Notes: generated by a model from the letters alone, not told the origin. A stretch of 64,000 nucleotides of DNA from Candidatus Eiseniibacteriota bacterium (GCA_963792585.1 CAWBWI010000004.1:192001-256000); one strand, 5' to 3'; shown: positions 1-10,558, numbered from the stretch's first letter. A program made the numbers and translations.

Positions 1-1252
1 AGCAGGCGCGCCTCCATGGCGTCTGCATCGGTCCCTTTCGCGAGGTGGAGTTCGGCGATCGATGCGCCCTTCTCGAGCCGCTCCCCGGGTTTCGCGCGGA
101 GGATGATCCCCACCGAGGGGTCGACCGCATCCTCCACCTTCCGTCGTCCTCCGCCGAGATCGATCACGATCTCGCCGATCTCGCGGGCGTCGATGCCCGC
201 TACATGACCTGTGCGGTTCGTGACGACCGTGCGGACGATCGGTGCGCGCGGGAGCCGCGCGGGATCCAGCGTCACCCTTCGGTCGCCGCCTTGCGCCTCG
301 ATCATCTCGCCCAGCCGGTCGAGGGCGCGCCCCGATCGCCAAGCATCGAGCACGCGGCCGCGCGCGGGGGCATCCTTCTCTCCGCCGACGCGCAGCATGG
401 CGCAGGCGATCTCGATCGATACCCTCTCGAGATCTTCGGAAATCTCCTCGCCGCGCAAGAACCGGATCGACTCCTCCACCTCGAGCGCATTGCCGATCGC
501 GCATCCGAGTGGGTCGTTCATCGCCGTCAGGAACGCCTCGGTGCGGATCCCGAGGTCCGTGCTCGCGTGAACCAGGCGCTCGGCGAGCGCCCGCGCCTTG
601 CGCCGACTCGGCGCGAATCCTCCCGCACCCACCTTCACGTCGAGGACGAGGCCGTCGAGACGGGCGGCGGCCTTCTTCGAGAGGATGCTAGAGACGATCA
701 AGGGGTGCGACTCGACGATCCCGGCGACGTCGCGCAGGGCGTACATCCTGCGGTCCGCCGGCACCAGATCCTCGGAGGCGCCCGCGATGCAACAGCCCAC
801 GCGCGACACGATCGCGCGGAACTCCTCGGTCTCGAGCCGCGACCCGGTAACCCGGTATCGACTCGAGTTTGTCCGAGTGTCCCCCCGGTGTGACCGAGCG
901 ACCGCCCGGAGATCATCGGCACGCGCAGGCCGCAGGCCGCCGCGATTGGCGCGACGATCAACGAGACCTTGTCGCCGACTCCCCCCGTCGAGTGCTTGTC
1001 GATCACCGGCGCCCCCGCGGGCCATGTCGGGAGGCTTGCGCCGGAGTCGAGCATCGACCTTCGTGAGCCATGCGGTCTCAGAACGATCCAGCCCGCGGAA
1101 GAAGACGGCCATCATCCAGGCCGTCATCTGGTAGTCGGCAACCTTTCCCTCGACGTATCCGCGGATCATCGATCCTCGATCTCTCCGGACGGATGGGATC
1201 CGCCGTCGCGCTTGCGCAGGATCGCGCGGACCGGGGTGAAGGGGGCGTTCAC
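1..1252 (-). CDS. pdp: Pyrimidine-nucleoside/thymidine phosphorylase, multiply frameshifted, 3' end runs off the window
   Basis: Fragments in different frames: [18 protein letters not shown] (GTG at 1252, overlapping the cdd stop) and the family signature [18 protein letters not shown]...[14 protein letters not shown]; adjacent to cdd. Confidence 0.85.
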
Positions 1253-1656
1253 GATGAGACCCTGGATCCCCCGCTCGACCCGGGGAGCAGGCGGGCAAGG
1301 GAGACGCGTCGCGGCCGGGCGCTCTCGCAGAGGAGCACGACCTCGATCCCCGGCGCGAACTCCGCGAGCATCTGGCGGCAAGCCCCGCACGGCGGGGTCG
1401 GCTCGGCGGTCGGCGTGTAGATCCAGATGCGGCGAAACCCGTGGGCGCCCCGCGTGATTGCACCGCCAAGTGCGGTCCGTTCCGCGCAGATCGACAAGCC
1501 CAGGGAGGCGCACTCGACGTTGCAGCCCGTGTGGAGCTGTCCCGTCGCATCCTCGAGAACCGCGCCGACCCGGAAACCGGAATAAGGGGCGTGCGCACGG
1601 CCGGCCGCGCTACGCGCCTCCTCGCTCGGATCGGACCTCCCGGGACCCGTCCTCAT
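1249..1656 (-). CDS. cdd: Cytidine deaminase
   Basis: HAPYSGFRVGA, GCNVE, SICAER and PPCGACRQ zinc-deaminase motifs. Confidence 0.93.
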   Translation of the reverse strand: MRTGPGRSDPSEEARSAAGRAHAPYSGFRVGAVLEDATGQLHTGCNVECASLGLSICAERTALGGAITRGAHGFRRIWIYTPTAEPTPPCGACRQMLAEFAPGIEVVLLCESARPRRVSLARLLPGSSGGSRVSS

Positions 1657-1697
1657 CGTTCGACCCTCCGTTCCCCCTCGCATGGTATCGTCCGGAC

Positions 1698-2519
1698 ATG
1701 GAAAAGACGACGGCCCTTACCCGCGCATGCGAGCGTCTCGCGGAGATCTGCCGCGTCCTGAGGGAGCCCGACGGCTGCGCATGGGATCGCGCGCAGTCCC
1801 CCACCAGCCTCGCCCCCTATCTCGTGGAGGAGGTCCACGAGGTCGTGGAGGCCCTTAGCCTCGGGCGGCGCGAGGAGTTGACGGATGAGATTGGCGACGC
1901 CATCTACCTCTGGGTCTTCTTCCTGCAGGTCGTCGAGGAGACGGGACTCGCGTCGGTCGACGACGCGGCCCGGGCGATCGAGGCAAAGCTCATCCGGCGT
2001 CACCCGCACGTATTCGCCTCGGCGGAAGCGCCCCCCACCGAACAGGACGGTCACAGTCTCTGGGAGCAGCGAAAGCGACTCGAACGGGGCCCCGGAGACG
2101 AGGTCCTGAAGCAGCTCCCAGCGAGCCTGCCGGCCCTGGCGCGGGCGCGAAGACTCCAGGAGAAGGCGGCCGCCTTCGGCTTCGACTGGGGATCTCCCGA
2201 AGAAGTCGTCCCGAAGATCCGGGAGGAAGTCGACGAGATGGCAGAGGCGATGCGAATCGCACCGGGATCCCGGGAGGTCACCGAGGAACTCGGCGATCTG
2301 CTCTTCGCGCTGGTCAACCTCGCTCGTCATCTAGGTCAGGATCCCGAAGCGGTGCTCTCCGTCGCAACCGAGAAGTTCCGGTCCCGGTTCAACGCAATGG
2401 CTCTATCCGTGGAGCGAGCGGGGCACCGCATGGGCGACGCCCCGCTCGAGTTGCTCGAGGCCCACTGGCAGGCGATCAAACGGGCCCCTATCGAGAGTCC
2501 GCCCCCGGATCCGCGATGA
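1698..2519 (+). CDS. mazG: Nucleoside triphosphate pyrophosphohydrolase MazG
   Basis: GCAWDRAQ, LVEEVHE, KLIRRHPHVF, GFDW and EELGDLLF; tandem MazG domains. Confidence 0.93.
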   Translation: MEKTTALTRACERLAEICRVLREPDGCAWDRAQSPTSLAPYLVEEVHEVVEALSLGRREELTDEIGDAIYLWVFFLQVVEETGLASVDDAARAIEAKLIRRHPHVFASAEAPPTEQDGHSLWEQRKRLERGPGDEVLKQLPASLPALARARRLQEKAAAFGFDWGSPEEVVPKIREEVDEMAEAMRIAPGSREVTEELGDLLFALVNLARHLGQDPEAVLSVATEKFRSRFNAMALSVERAGHRMGDAPLELLEAHWQAIKRAPIESPPPDPR

Positions 2520-3063
2520 CGAGCATGCGTCCACCCAGATCCTCCATGGCCGAGACGGTCGGCGGACCAGGCAGAGCTCCGTGCACCGAGTCGCCCTGGG
2601 TCAGCACCATTTCTTGCGGACCGACCCGCATTTGCACCTTTCCCTCGATGCAGTAGAAGCAGACGTCTTGCCCGCGCGTCAACCAGGTGAGGTCGGCGCT
2701 CCCACCCGGCTCCAGGGCGACCTCATGGGCGCAGATCCTGCCGCCGAGGACACCGCGGGAGAGCAGTTCGATCCCCCCGGCCGCAACGTCATTCCCGCAG
2801 GGAAGCGCCTCGGCCGGACGATCCTGATCGCTCGTGATGCAGACCTCCTCGAGCTTCCGCTCCTCGATGAAGTAGCTTGCGTCCTTGCGCAGCGCATGCG
2901 CGATCTTGATCAGCGCCCCGATCGTCGGCGAGGTCATTCCTCTCTCGATCTCGGAGATGTGCGTGGACGAAAGCCCGGACGAGCTCTCGACTTCCTTCAA
3001 TGTGAGATTCTGCCGCTGACGAACCTCCCGCAGCCGCTTCCCCAAAGCGTCCTTCGAGATCAT
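2488..3063 (-). CDS. XRE-family HTH + cupin transcriptional regulator (PuuR-like)
   Basis: LGKRLREVRQRQNLTLKEV...HISEIERGMTSPTIGALIKIA HTH followed by a cupin-like beta region. Confidence 0.85.
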   Translation of the reverse strand: MISKDALGKRLREVRQRQNLTLKEVESSSGLSSTHISEIERGMTSPTIGALIKIAHALRKDASYFIEERKLEEVCITSDQDRPAEALPCGNDVAAGGIELLSRGVLGGRICAHEVALEPGGSADLTWLTRGQDVCFYCIEGKVQMRVGPQEMVLTQGDSVHGALPGPPTVSAMEDLGGRMLVIADPGADSR

Positions 3064-3082
3064 CGGTTCCCCCTTCCCCGGC

Positions 3083-3646
3083 TCAGATGAAGAGCCGCGG
3101 CCGGCACGCCCACAGGGCGCGGCAGGGCGTCGGCGCGAGATTGCGGATCCGGTGCGGGTGAACGGCCTTGAAGTGGATCGTGTCCCCGCGGCGAAGCAGA
3201 TAGGAGGAGCCGTTGACGACCACCTCCAGAATCCCGTCCAAGACGTAACAGAACTCCTCCCCCTCGTGACCGGGAACCCCTTCGACCTGTCCATTGGCGG
3301 GGATCGTTGCGACGAAGAGGGACATCTCGGAATGGGCGAGGCGGTCGGTCAGGGGATCAAGGAGTACCGTCCCCCCGCACATCGCGAGGCCTCGGCGTTC
3401 GTCAGGGCGACGCACCCGCAGTTCGGGGATCGGAGGGATGTCGATGAGATAGGAGGGAAGAACGCCAAGCGCATCGGCGATCCTCTCCAGGGCGCCGATC
3501 GTCGGGGACGTATTGCCCCGTTCGATCTCGGAGATGTGGGTCGCGCTGACGCCGACCCGGGCTTCGATCTGTTTGAGCGTGAGACCACGCTCTTGGCGGA
3601 TCCGGCGGACCCGCGACCCTAGGGCCTTGCTGATCGTCTCTGTCAT
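3083..3646 (-). CDS. XRE-family HTH + cupin transcriptional regulator (PuuR-like)
   Basis: LGSRVRRIRQERGLTLKQI...HISEIERGNTSPT; cupin HEGEEFCYVLDG...GDTIHF...PHRIRN. Confidence 0.9.
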   Translation of the reverse strand: MTETISKALGSRVRRIRQERGLTLKQIEARVGVSATHISEIERGNTSPTIGALERIADALGVLPSYLIDIPPIPELRVRRPDERRGLAMCGGTVLLDPLTDRLAHSEMSLFVATIPANGQVEGVPGHEGEEFCYVLDGILEVVVNGSSYLLRRGDTIHFKAVHPHRIRNLAPTPCRALWACRPRLFI

Positions 3647-3725
3647 ACCTGGACCATCCTCTTTCACGTTATAAGGAAACCATGTTCACGAAGGCTGGAC
3701 ATGATGGTCTTCGGCAGGAGGTGCG

Positions 3726-4603
3726 CTAGGCAACTCCCTCCGGCGGACACGTGAGCCCCAGAACCTTGTTCAGCAGCTTTGCGGCCATGAAATCCGGGGC
3801 GTGCAGTCCCGGGATCGGCGCCAGCTCCATGAGATCGAAGCCGACCACGTCCCGGTCTTTCGTCAACTCGCGCACGAACCAGCAGATCTCATCCCAGCGA
3901 AATCCCCCGGGCTCGGGGGTCCCCGTGGAGGGAAGGATCGATGGATCGAGCACGTCGAGGTCGATCGTCAGATAGATTCGGGGACCCAGAAGGAGACGGC
4001 CTCTCGGGCCACCGCCTCCCGGTCCTCGCGGCATCGACGGGCCGGAAAGAGCGGCAACCGCTCGCGCCGAACCCGTTCGAACTCGGGCGCGCTGATGCTC
4101 CGTATGCCCACCTGGACGCACGGGAATAGCTCCCGCGCCCGGGCCATGACGCAGGCATGGCTGAAGGGCGATCCCTGGTACTCCTCTCGCAGGTCGGCGT
4201 GGGCGTCGAGTTGCAGGATCGTGAGAGATTTCTCACGCGCAGCAAGGGCCCGGAAGGCTCCCACGCTCAGGCTGTGGTCTCCCCCCACCAGCACCGGAAA
4301 ACGCCTGTCGTCCAGGACCCCGCCGATCGCATCGGCGACGACCTCGATCATTCGCTCGGGTCCGGCGACGATCTGTTCGATAATGTCTGAGGTGTGGACC
4401 CCTACGTCGGTTGGGGAGAAGCCGAGCTCGTCGTCGAAAAGTTCGACGTTGGCGGAGGCATTCAGGAGGGCTCGGGGGCCGAATCGAGCCCCGGGACCAT
4501 AGCTGGTCGTGAGGTCGTAAGCCACTGGGACAATGACAGCTCGGGCCTCCTCATAGGGGGTCTGAATGCCACCGAATGCCCAGATATCATCCGTTCCGCT
4601 CAC
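3726..4603 (-). CDS. speB: Agmatinase, one frameshift near 3992
   Basis: GGDHS and DAHADL in ORF 3968-4609; TIDLDVLDPS, TGTPEPGG and DLMELAP in ORF 3726-4121; one missing C in a CC run joins the two frames. Confidence 0.9.
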
Positions 4604-4729
4604 GGGCAACCCTCTCCAATTTCACGTACTGCGGCTACGGCAATAGCTTTGCGCATCATGTATAGCGGAAAAACGAATCCGGCGCAAGCGTTTTGATAGC
4701 GGGACGGGAACCGGGGGGGCCAGCCCGGG

Positions 4730-4758
4730 TTGACACGATCCTGCCGGTCGGCTAGCGT
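4730..4758 (+). promoter_or_regulatory. Sigma70-type promoter upstream of the 3D-domain gene
   Basis: TTGACA (4730-4735), 17-nt spacer, TAGCGT (4753-4758); AGGAGG RBS near 4791. Confidence 0.55.
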
Positions 4759-4808
4759 CCCGTACTGGGACTGGGTTGAGATCTCAACGAAGGAGGGCGA
4801 GCGAAAAG

Positions 4809-5504
4809 GTGCGTTTGAGCTTGTCCAGAACGATCCGGACCACCCGGGCCGTCCCCCATTGGCTGCTGGCGAACGTCCGTGTGCTGGCTCGCCTGCCCCA
4901 CCTCATCCCGATCGAGGAGGTCGCCCAGCCCGTCTGGCGCATGCCGTGGGGGGTTCGGACGGCAGCAGTCGTCATGAGCCTCGTCGGATTGGTCGGTGGC
5001 GTCCATGTCCTCGACGCCCAGATCGCCGATCTCGGCCCGCAGGTGGCCAATACGGCCGCGGAATCCGTTGTGCCGGCAGTCGTGGGTCCGCCGGTCGCGC
5101 CGCCGGAGCCGACGGCGATGATCGTGGAGCATCCCCCCCAGGGCGACACCCACCGTTTCCTTCTGGTGACCATCACGGCCTATACGAGTTCCGCCGAGCA
5201 GACCGATGAGAGCCCCAGTGTGACGGCCTCGAGCCGCCATGCGAGGCCGGGCACCATCGCGCTGTCGCGGGACCTCCTGCGCACGTTCACCCCCGGCGCG
5301 CCCTTCGATTTCGGTGACCGGGTCCTCATCCCCGGCATGGGAATGTATGTCGTCGACGACACCATGAGCCCCCGCTGGACGCGCATGGCGGACATCTGGT
5401 TCGCCGACCTCCAGACGGCCAGGAATTGGGGACGGCGGGATGTCTACCTCACCGGTGTCAACCCCGGGGAGCCTCTGCTCGTCTCGGAGCACTGGCACCC
5501 CTAG
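4809..5504 (+). CDS. Membrane-anchored 3D (Asp-Asp-Asp) domain protein, probably peptidoglycan-related
   Basis: Hydrophobic segment, then TITAYTSSAEQTDESPSVTAS...IALSRDLL...GDRV...VVDDTM...ADIWF; start codon uncertain. Confidence 0.75.
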   Translation: MRLSLSRTIRTTRAVPHWLLANVRVLARLPHLIPIEEVAQPVWRMPWGVRTAAVVMSLVGLVGGVHVLDAQIADLGPQVANTAAESVVPAVVGPPVAPPEPTAMIVEHPPQGDTHRFLLVTITAYTSSAEQTDESPSVTASSRHARPGTIALSRDLLRTFTPGAPFDFGDRVLIPGMGMYVVDDTMSPRWTRMADIWFADLQTARNWGRRDVYLTGVNPGEPLLVSEHWHP

Positions 5505-6436
5505 CGGGCCGTCCTCCGCTCTCCCCGAGCCCCTCGTCCCTCTCCGAGGGATGCGAGAATCCTCAAGTAGCTGTCATAGCGGATCGCCGGGATGATCCCC
5601 CGTTCCACCGCGGCGCGGACCGCGCAACCGCCCTCCTGCTCGTGCAGGCAGTCCGTGTAACGACACCCATCATGGGCGCGCAGTTCCGGAAACGCCGCGG
5701 CGAGGTCTTCGGGGCCCAAGCCCCAAGGGCGCACTGCCCGGAGCCCGGGGGTGTCGAGCACCACTCCGCCTCCCGGAAGATCGATCCACTCCACCCGAAC
5801 CGTCGTGTGCACCCCGCGGGAAGTCGCGCGGCTGACGGTTCCGGTGCGAAGGTGGATCCCGGGGACGGCGGCGTTCAGCAGACTCGACTTCCCGACTCCC
5901 GATGCTCCCAGGAGCGCCGTCGTCCGCCCGGCGAGGCGCGCGCGCACCCCGTCGAGCCCATCGCCGTTGCGTACGGAGATCCGCAACACCTCGTATCCAG
6001 CTGCGGGATACAGATCCAATCCCGCTGGTTCCCGCTCGTGGAGCAAGTCCAGTTTGTTGACGACGATCAGCGCGGGTACGCAGGCCGTGTGCGACAGGAG
6101 CAAGAAGCGGTCGAGGGCGCGAAGGTTCAGCTCGGGGTCGCGAAAGGACTGCAGGCATAGGGTCTGGTCGATGTTGGCGGCGATCGGCTGGTAGCGCCGC
6201 GGATCGCCGGCATCCGCCCGGGCGAGGACGTTGCGTCTCTCCAGAACCCTCCGGATCACGATCGACCCGCCCTCCTCCTGGGCGACTTCGACCCGATCCC
6301 CGACAGCTACGGGGTGCGTAGCCGTCTTCGGGCCCGTCCGGAATCGGCCGCGAAGCACGGCCCGCGATTCCTCGCCGCCGTCCGCACGCAGCCTCACAGC
6401 AGGTCCCTCGATCCGAATCACAGTCGCGATCAGCAT
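5501..6436 (-). CDS. rsgA: Ribosome small subunit-dependent GTPase A
   Basis: Circularly permuted GTPase motifs NKLD, GASGVGKSS, GVHTT and DTPG; C-terminal CRYTDCLHEQEGGC zinc finger. Confidence 0.95.
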   Translation of the reverse strand: MLIATVIRIEGPAVRLRADGGEESRAVLRGRFRTGPKTATHPVAVGDRVEVAQEEGGSIVIRRVLERRNVLARADAGDPRRYQPIAANIDQTLCLQSFRDPELNLRALDRFLLLSHTACVPALIVVNKLDLLHEREPAGLDLYPAAGYEVLRISVRNGDGLDGVRARLAGRTTALLGASGVGKSSLLNAAVPGIHLRTGTVSRATSRGVHTTVRVEWIDLPGGGVVLDTPGLRAVRPWGLGPEDLAAAFPELRAHDGCRYTDCLHEQEGGCAVRAAVERGIIPAIRYDSYLRILASLGEGRGARGERRTAR

Positions 6437-6513
6437 CGCATGATCCTAGCACGGACCGCGCGGCATCCCGGCGCCTCTGCTATCCTGCACTTCATCACCG
6501 TTGGGGGAGGACG

Positions 6514-7500
6514 ATGGCGCCACGGGACGACGATCTTGCACACTGGACGCGGAGCCACTTCTGCAAGGTTCCGGCCTCGAAGGCAGGTCAACGCCTCGAC
6601 GCGTTCCTCGCGAGGAGTTTCCCCTACCGCTCGCGCACGAGTTGGGCGGCATTCGTCCGGGCAGGCCGCATCCGGCTCAATGACGGACAGGCGCGGCCCG
6701 GCCGCTCGCTGAGGAGCGGAGACCGGATCCAATACGTCCCCGATTCCCGTCCGGAACCTCGCGTTTCGAGCGCCTACAAGGTGATCCACGAGGACGCGAG
6801 CCTGCTCGCGATTCGCAAGCCGGCCAACCTACCGGTCCACCCTTCCGGCCGGTACTTCAACAACACGCTGCTCCTGATGTTGCTCGCGGAGCGAGGCGAG
6901 GATCTCGGCTCGACGGAGTTGCGGATCGTGCATCGCCTCGATCGGGAGACGAGCGGCGTCATCCTCTTCGGAGAAGGACGGGAGGCCGCCGCCGCATTGG
7001 CAACGCAGTTCGAGTTCCGGAAGGTCCGAAAACGCTACCTCGCGATCGTCCACGGGAAACCCCTGGAGGATCGCTTCGAGATCGACGCCCCGATCGGACG
7101 GGATCCCGACTCTCCGATCCGGAAGGCGATGAGTGTCCGCGCCGACGGGCGCGCTGCCCGAACTCGCTTTCGGGTGCTGCGGCGAGGGCCGGAGCACGCC
7201 CTGGTCCTGGCCCGTCCGCTCACCGGCCGGCTTCACCAGATCCGGGTGCACCTGCGCCATGCGGCGCTCCCGATCGTCGGGGACAAGGTCTACGGTCTCG
7301 ATCCGCAGCTCTTCCTGAGATTCATAGGCGGCGCGCTCTCCGGTGACGATCGTCGGCGGCTCCTCTGGCGGCGACAGGCTCTTCATGCGTGGAGCCTCAC
7401 GATTCGCCACCCCGACGATGGCCGGCGGATGACGTTCCGCGCGGGCGTGGGATCTTCGTGGAAGCGCATGGCGGAGCGCCTGGGACTCGGCGAGCGATGA
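6514..7500 (+). CDS. RluA/RluD-family pseudouridine synthase with S4 domain
   Basis: S4 GQRLDAFL, KPANLPVHP, catalytic HRLDRETSG, GRLHQIRVH, PIVGDKVY. Confidence 0.93.
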   Translation: MAPRDDDLAHWTRSHFCKVPASKAGQRLDAFLARSFPYRSRTSWAAFVRAGRIRLNDGQARPGRSLRSGDRIQYVPDSRPEPRVSSAYKVIHEDASLLAIRKPANLPVHPSGRYFNNTLLLMLLAERGEDLGSTELRIVHRLDRETSGVILFGEGREAAAALATQFEFRKVRKRYLAIVHGKPLEDRFEIDAPIGRDPDSPIRKAMSVRADGRAARTRFRVLRRGPEHALVLARPLTGRLHQIRVHLRHAALPIVGDKVYGLDPQLFLRFIGGALSGDDRRRLLWRRQALHAWSLTIRHPDDGRRMTFRAGVGSSWKRMAERLGLGER

Positions 7501-9329
7501 GGTTCACTCTTCGCGGCGCGCGGACGCCGCTCTTCGCCGTGCTTGCGACGGCGTCCGCGGCGAGGCTCGTCTCCCTGCTCGCGCTCAAGGGCGATCTTTC
7601 GATCCGTGTCCCGCTGCTCGACGGGCTTCACTACATGACGACCGCGATCGGACTCGCCCATGGGCAAGGTTGGCCGCCCGGTCCCCACTTCATGGCTCCC
7701 ATCTATCCGTTCCTGCTCTCGGGGCTGTTCCGCATCGCGCCGGCGAGCGTCGTGACGGTGCAGGCGCTCCAGCTCGTCCTCGGCGTGCTGACGGCGGGGC
7801 TGATCTACCAGACCGGGCGACGGATGGGGCCGGCGGCCGGCCTGACAGCCGGGCTCCTGTATGCGATCTGCGGGCCCGCGATCGCATACGAAAACCAGGT
7901 GCTGATGGAGGCTCTGCTGGCGTTCTGCATCGCCGGGATCCTCTGGATCGAGGACGCGCCCGCGCGCGGTCCGCTGCGGGGCCTCGCGGCTGGGTTTGCG
8001 ATCGGGATCGCGACGGCGGGACGTCCCACGTATGTCTTCCTGCTTCCGCTGCTCTTCTTGGGAGCAGGGGACGGAAAGCGGACTGCAGTCTGGAGGAACC
8101 ATTTTCTGCTGGCGGGCCTGCTCGGCTTCGCGGTCGTCGTGGCACCGCCGAGCATCCACAACATGCGGGAAACCGGACGTCCGAGTCTCGTTACGACCAG
8201 CGGCGGCCTGAACCTCTACATCGGCAATCATCCCGGCGCCAGCGGCATCTACAGCCAGCCGCCCGGGCTCTTCCTCGAGAAGGACCCAACGGGCACGCGT
8301 TCCGCCTCGCAGATGGCGGGACGCTCCCTGACGCCCGCGGAGGCATCGGACTTCTACGCGGCCCGCGCCGTCGATTTCGTCAAGGAGAGGCCGGGCGCGG
8401 CGATCCGCCTCCTGTTCAAGAAGCTCGGCTACCTCCTCAGCCCCGTGGAGATCCCGCAGATCGAGAGCTTGGATGATCTGCGCCGCGATCACCTGAGCAT
8501 GCGGCTGCTAGGCCTGATTGGCTTTCCGATCCTCTTTCCGCTCGCGCTTCTGGGCGCCGTCGCGCACCGCGCGGGAACGCGAATCCGGCGGTCGTGCATC
8601 CTAGCAATCGCCGCAGGCGCGCTCGCGCACCTGGTCTTCTTCTCGACGGGACGCTACCGCGCGTCGATGTTGCCTGCATTCGCGATTCTCGCGGGCGCCG
8701 GTGGAGAGGTCTTGATCGCCCTCTTGAAGGACCGACGGGGATGGGGTCGGATCTGGCCGATCCCAGCCGCCATCGTCGTTCTCCTGGTCGCCCCCCGTGT
8801 CGACCGCTCGGCCGCCCGCGCGTGGTCGCTCCATCAAACCGGCATTCGCTACGAGAAGATCGGGGCGGATCGCGCGGCGGAGGAAGTCTATCGCCGGGCA
8901 CTCGAAGCCGATTCGACCCTTGGTGAATCGTGGCACAATCTCGCTGCGTGCGAGGCAAGACTGGGTCGGTCGTCCGAAGCCATCCAAACATACGAACGGG
9001 CGTTGCAGTACCTCGGGGAGAACTCGGTCACGCTCTACAACCTGGCCGTGATCTATGGGGGCCTCGGGCTCGACGATCGAGCGCTGGCCTATTTCAACCG
9101 ATCTGTGCTTGCCGACCCGGCGGATGCGGCCGTCCGCGTCGACCGAGGGGTGGCGCTCTACCGACTCGGACGCACGGACGAAGCATTCGCGGATTGGCGG
9201 CGGGTGGCGTCCCAGGCGCCCCAGGAGCCCTCGCTCGCCCGCACGCTGACCCGCCTCGCCCAACTCGGGGTGTCCCTCCCCCCGACTTGGCCCGGCATGT
9301 TCATAATTGATCATGAGTTGCCGGATTGA
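7497..9329 (+). CDS. GT-C (PMT/ArnT-like) membrane protein with C-terminal TPR repeats
   Basis: Many TM segments, APIYPFLL, GGLNLYIGN and RYR motifs; C-terminal TPR-like helices (WHNLA, LYNLA, RGVALYRLG); ATGA overlap with the upstream gene. Confidence 0.75.
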   Translation: MRFTLRGARTPLFAVLATASAARLVSLLALKGDLSIRVPLLDGLHYMTTAIGLAHGQGWPPGPHFMAPIYPFLLSGLFRIAPASVVTVQALQLVLGVLTAGLIYQTGRRMGPAAGLTAGLLYAICGPAIAYENQVLMEALLAFCIAGILWIEDAPARGPLRGLAAGFAIGIATAGRPTYVFLLPLLFLGAGDGKRTAVWRNHFLLAGLLGFAVVVAPPSIHNMRETGRPSLVTTSGGLNLYIGNHPGASGIYSQPPGLFLEKDPTGTRSASQMAGRSLTPAEASDFYAARAVDFVKERPGAAIRLLFKKLGYLLSPVEIPQIESLDDLRRDHLSMRLLGLIGFPILFPLALLGAVAHRAGTRIRRSCILAIAAGALAHLVFFSTGRYRASMLPAFAILAGAGGEVLIALLKDRRGWGRIWPIPAAIVVLLVAPRVDRSAARAWSLHQTGIRYEKIGADRAAEEVYRRALEADSTLGESWHNLAACEARLGRSSEAIQTYERALQYLGENSVTLYNLAVIYGGLGLDDRALAYFNRSVLADPADAAVRVDRGVALYRLGRTDEAFADWRRVASQAPQEPSLARTLTRLAQLGVSLPPTWPGMFIIDHELPD

Positions 9330-9436
9330 CAGGCGTTCGTTAGAAACCTGGAACGGCCGTTGGTCGCAGCTTTGTTACCGAAGGATCTGTCGTCAGACAG
9401 TGGTGACGGAAAGGTCTCATGGTTCGGCATCCCCCT

Positions 9437-10281
9437 TGGCGCCTACGGGGTGTTCGAGCCGCCGGTGGACGGCTGGACACCGATCGGACCCGATACCTAC
9501 ACCCTCGACTTGATCGGCGGTGAAGTGTAGAACGTCAACTTCTTCAACGTGAAGCTCGACGAGTGCTACGGCGCGTGCTGCTTCGACGATGGCACTTGCC
9601 GCTATCGCCGCCTTCCCACCCAAAGCGAATCTCGCCGTGACGACGATCCAGTTCGGGATCCGCCACAATCTCCCCCCCAATCTCGGCTACTTCGCGCGGT
9701 GGGCGGCCTGTGGTCCATCTCCCCTGGAACTGCCGGACACCGGATGGCCCGAGCCCAACGACTGCGGCAACCTCGTTGCCTACAGCGGGCCTGTTGCCGC
9801 GCAGATCTTCCCGTTCTATTGGTTCGCTGCCATCGGCGTGGTCGACGGTTACCTGGGCACCCGGACCTAGCCGACAACGAATGAGGCGAAGTTCGTCGAT
9901 GACGGCAACCCGCCCGTCGAGGATCTGTGCGTGCTCTTCGGGACGGTCCGGTGAGGCGCTGCGGGCGAGAACCAATGCCCCGTCGCGTTGATCGGAGCTT
10001 GTTGTACTCTCGGTGCCGACTGCCAGATCCTCGGTGAGGACGAGTGCGCGGTGCTCGGCGGCACGTACATCGACGGCACGGCCTGCGAGCCTGATCCTTG
10101 TGCAATTCCCACGGGGGCCTGTTGCCTGACGGGCGACGCGTGCGTCGTCGTCACCCTCGCGGAGTGCGAGCAGCAAGGGGGAACCTACCAATGGCACGAT
10201 ACCCTCTGCGATCCGAATCCCTGTACGGCAACCCGATTCCGGGTGACAACGTGGGGAGAGGTCCGCGCGACCTTCAGATAG
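9437..10281 (+). pseudogene. Remnant(s) of secreted Cys-rich (GACC-repeat) proteins ending in TTWGEVRATFR
   Basis: In-frame stops TAG 9528-9530, TAG 9868-9870 and TGA 9952-9954; frame switch near 9600; three GACC...C repeats; no intact start or signal peptide. Confidence 0.65.
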
Positions 10282-10297
10282 ACAGCGCCTGTCGTGC

Positions 10298-10333
10298 GAA
10301 GGCCCGCCCCAGCCTGCGCCGGGGCGGGCCTTC
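10298..10333. terminator. GC-rich hairpin between convergent units
   Basis: Perfect 13-bp stem GAAGGCCCGCCCC / GGGGCGGGCCTTC with a 10-nt loop. Confidence 0.6.
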
Positions 10334-10362
10334 ATGCTCGCCCGGTCGATCCTGACCCGGGC

Positions 10363-10530
10363 TCAGCGAAGGTTCACGATCCTCCGGGCTTCGGCGCGAT
10401 GATCCGATTCCGCGCGCACCCAGTAGTTGCCCGCGGAGACCGCGCGTCCATCATCGTTCCTTCCATCCCAAACCAATGTCGAACCGGGACCGGCTTCCTC
10501 AACGGCGAACCCACGGATCCGCTGTCCGCA
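10363..10530 (-). pseudogene. Orphan FlgD-Ig-like C-terminal domain fragment
   Basis: IRGF...TLVWDGRNDDGRAVSAGNYWVRAES...RRIVNLR resembles the C-termini of the three secreted proteins in this window, but no upstream body is present. Confidence 0.6.
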
Positions 10531-10558
10531 AGTGCGACGAGACCTCGGGTCCGGCGGA

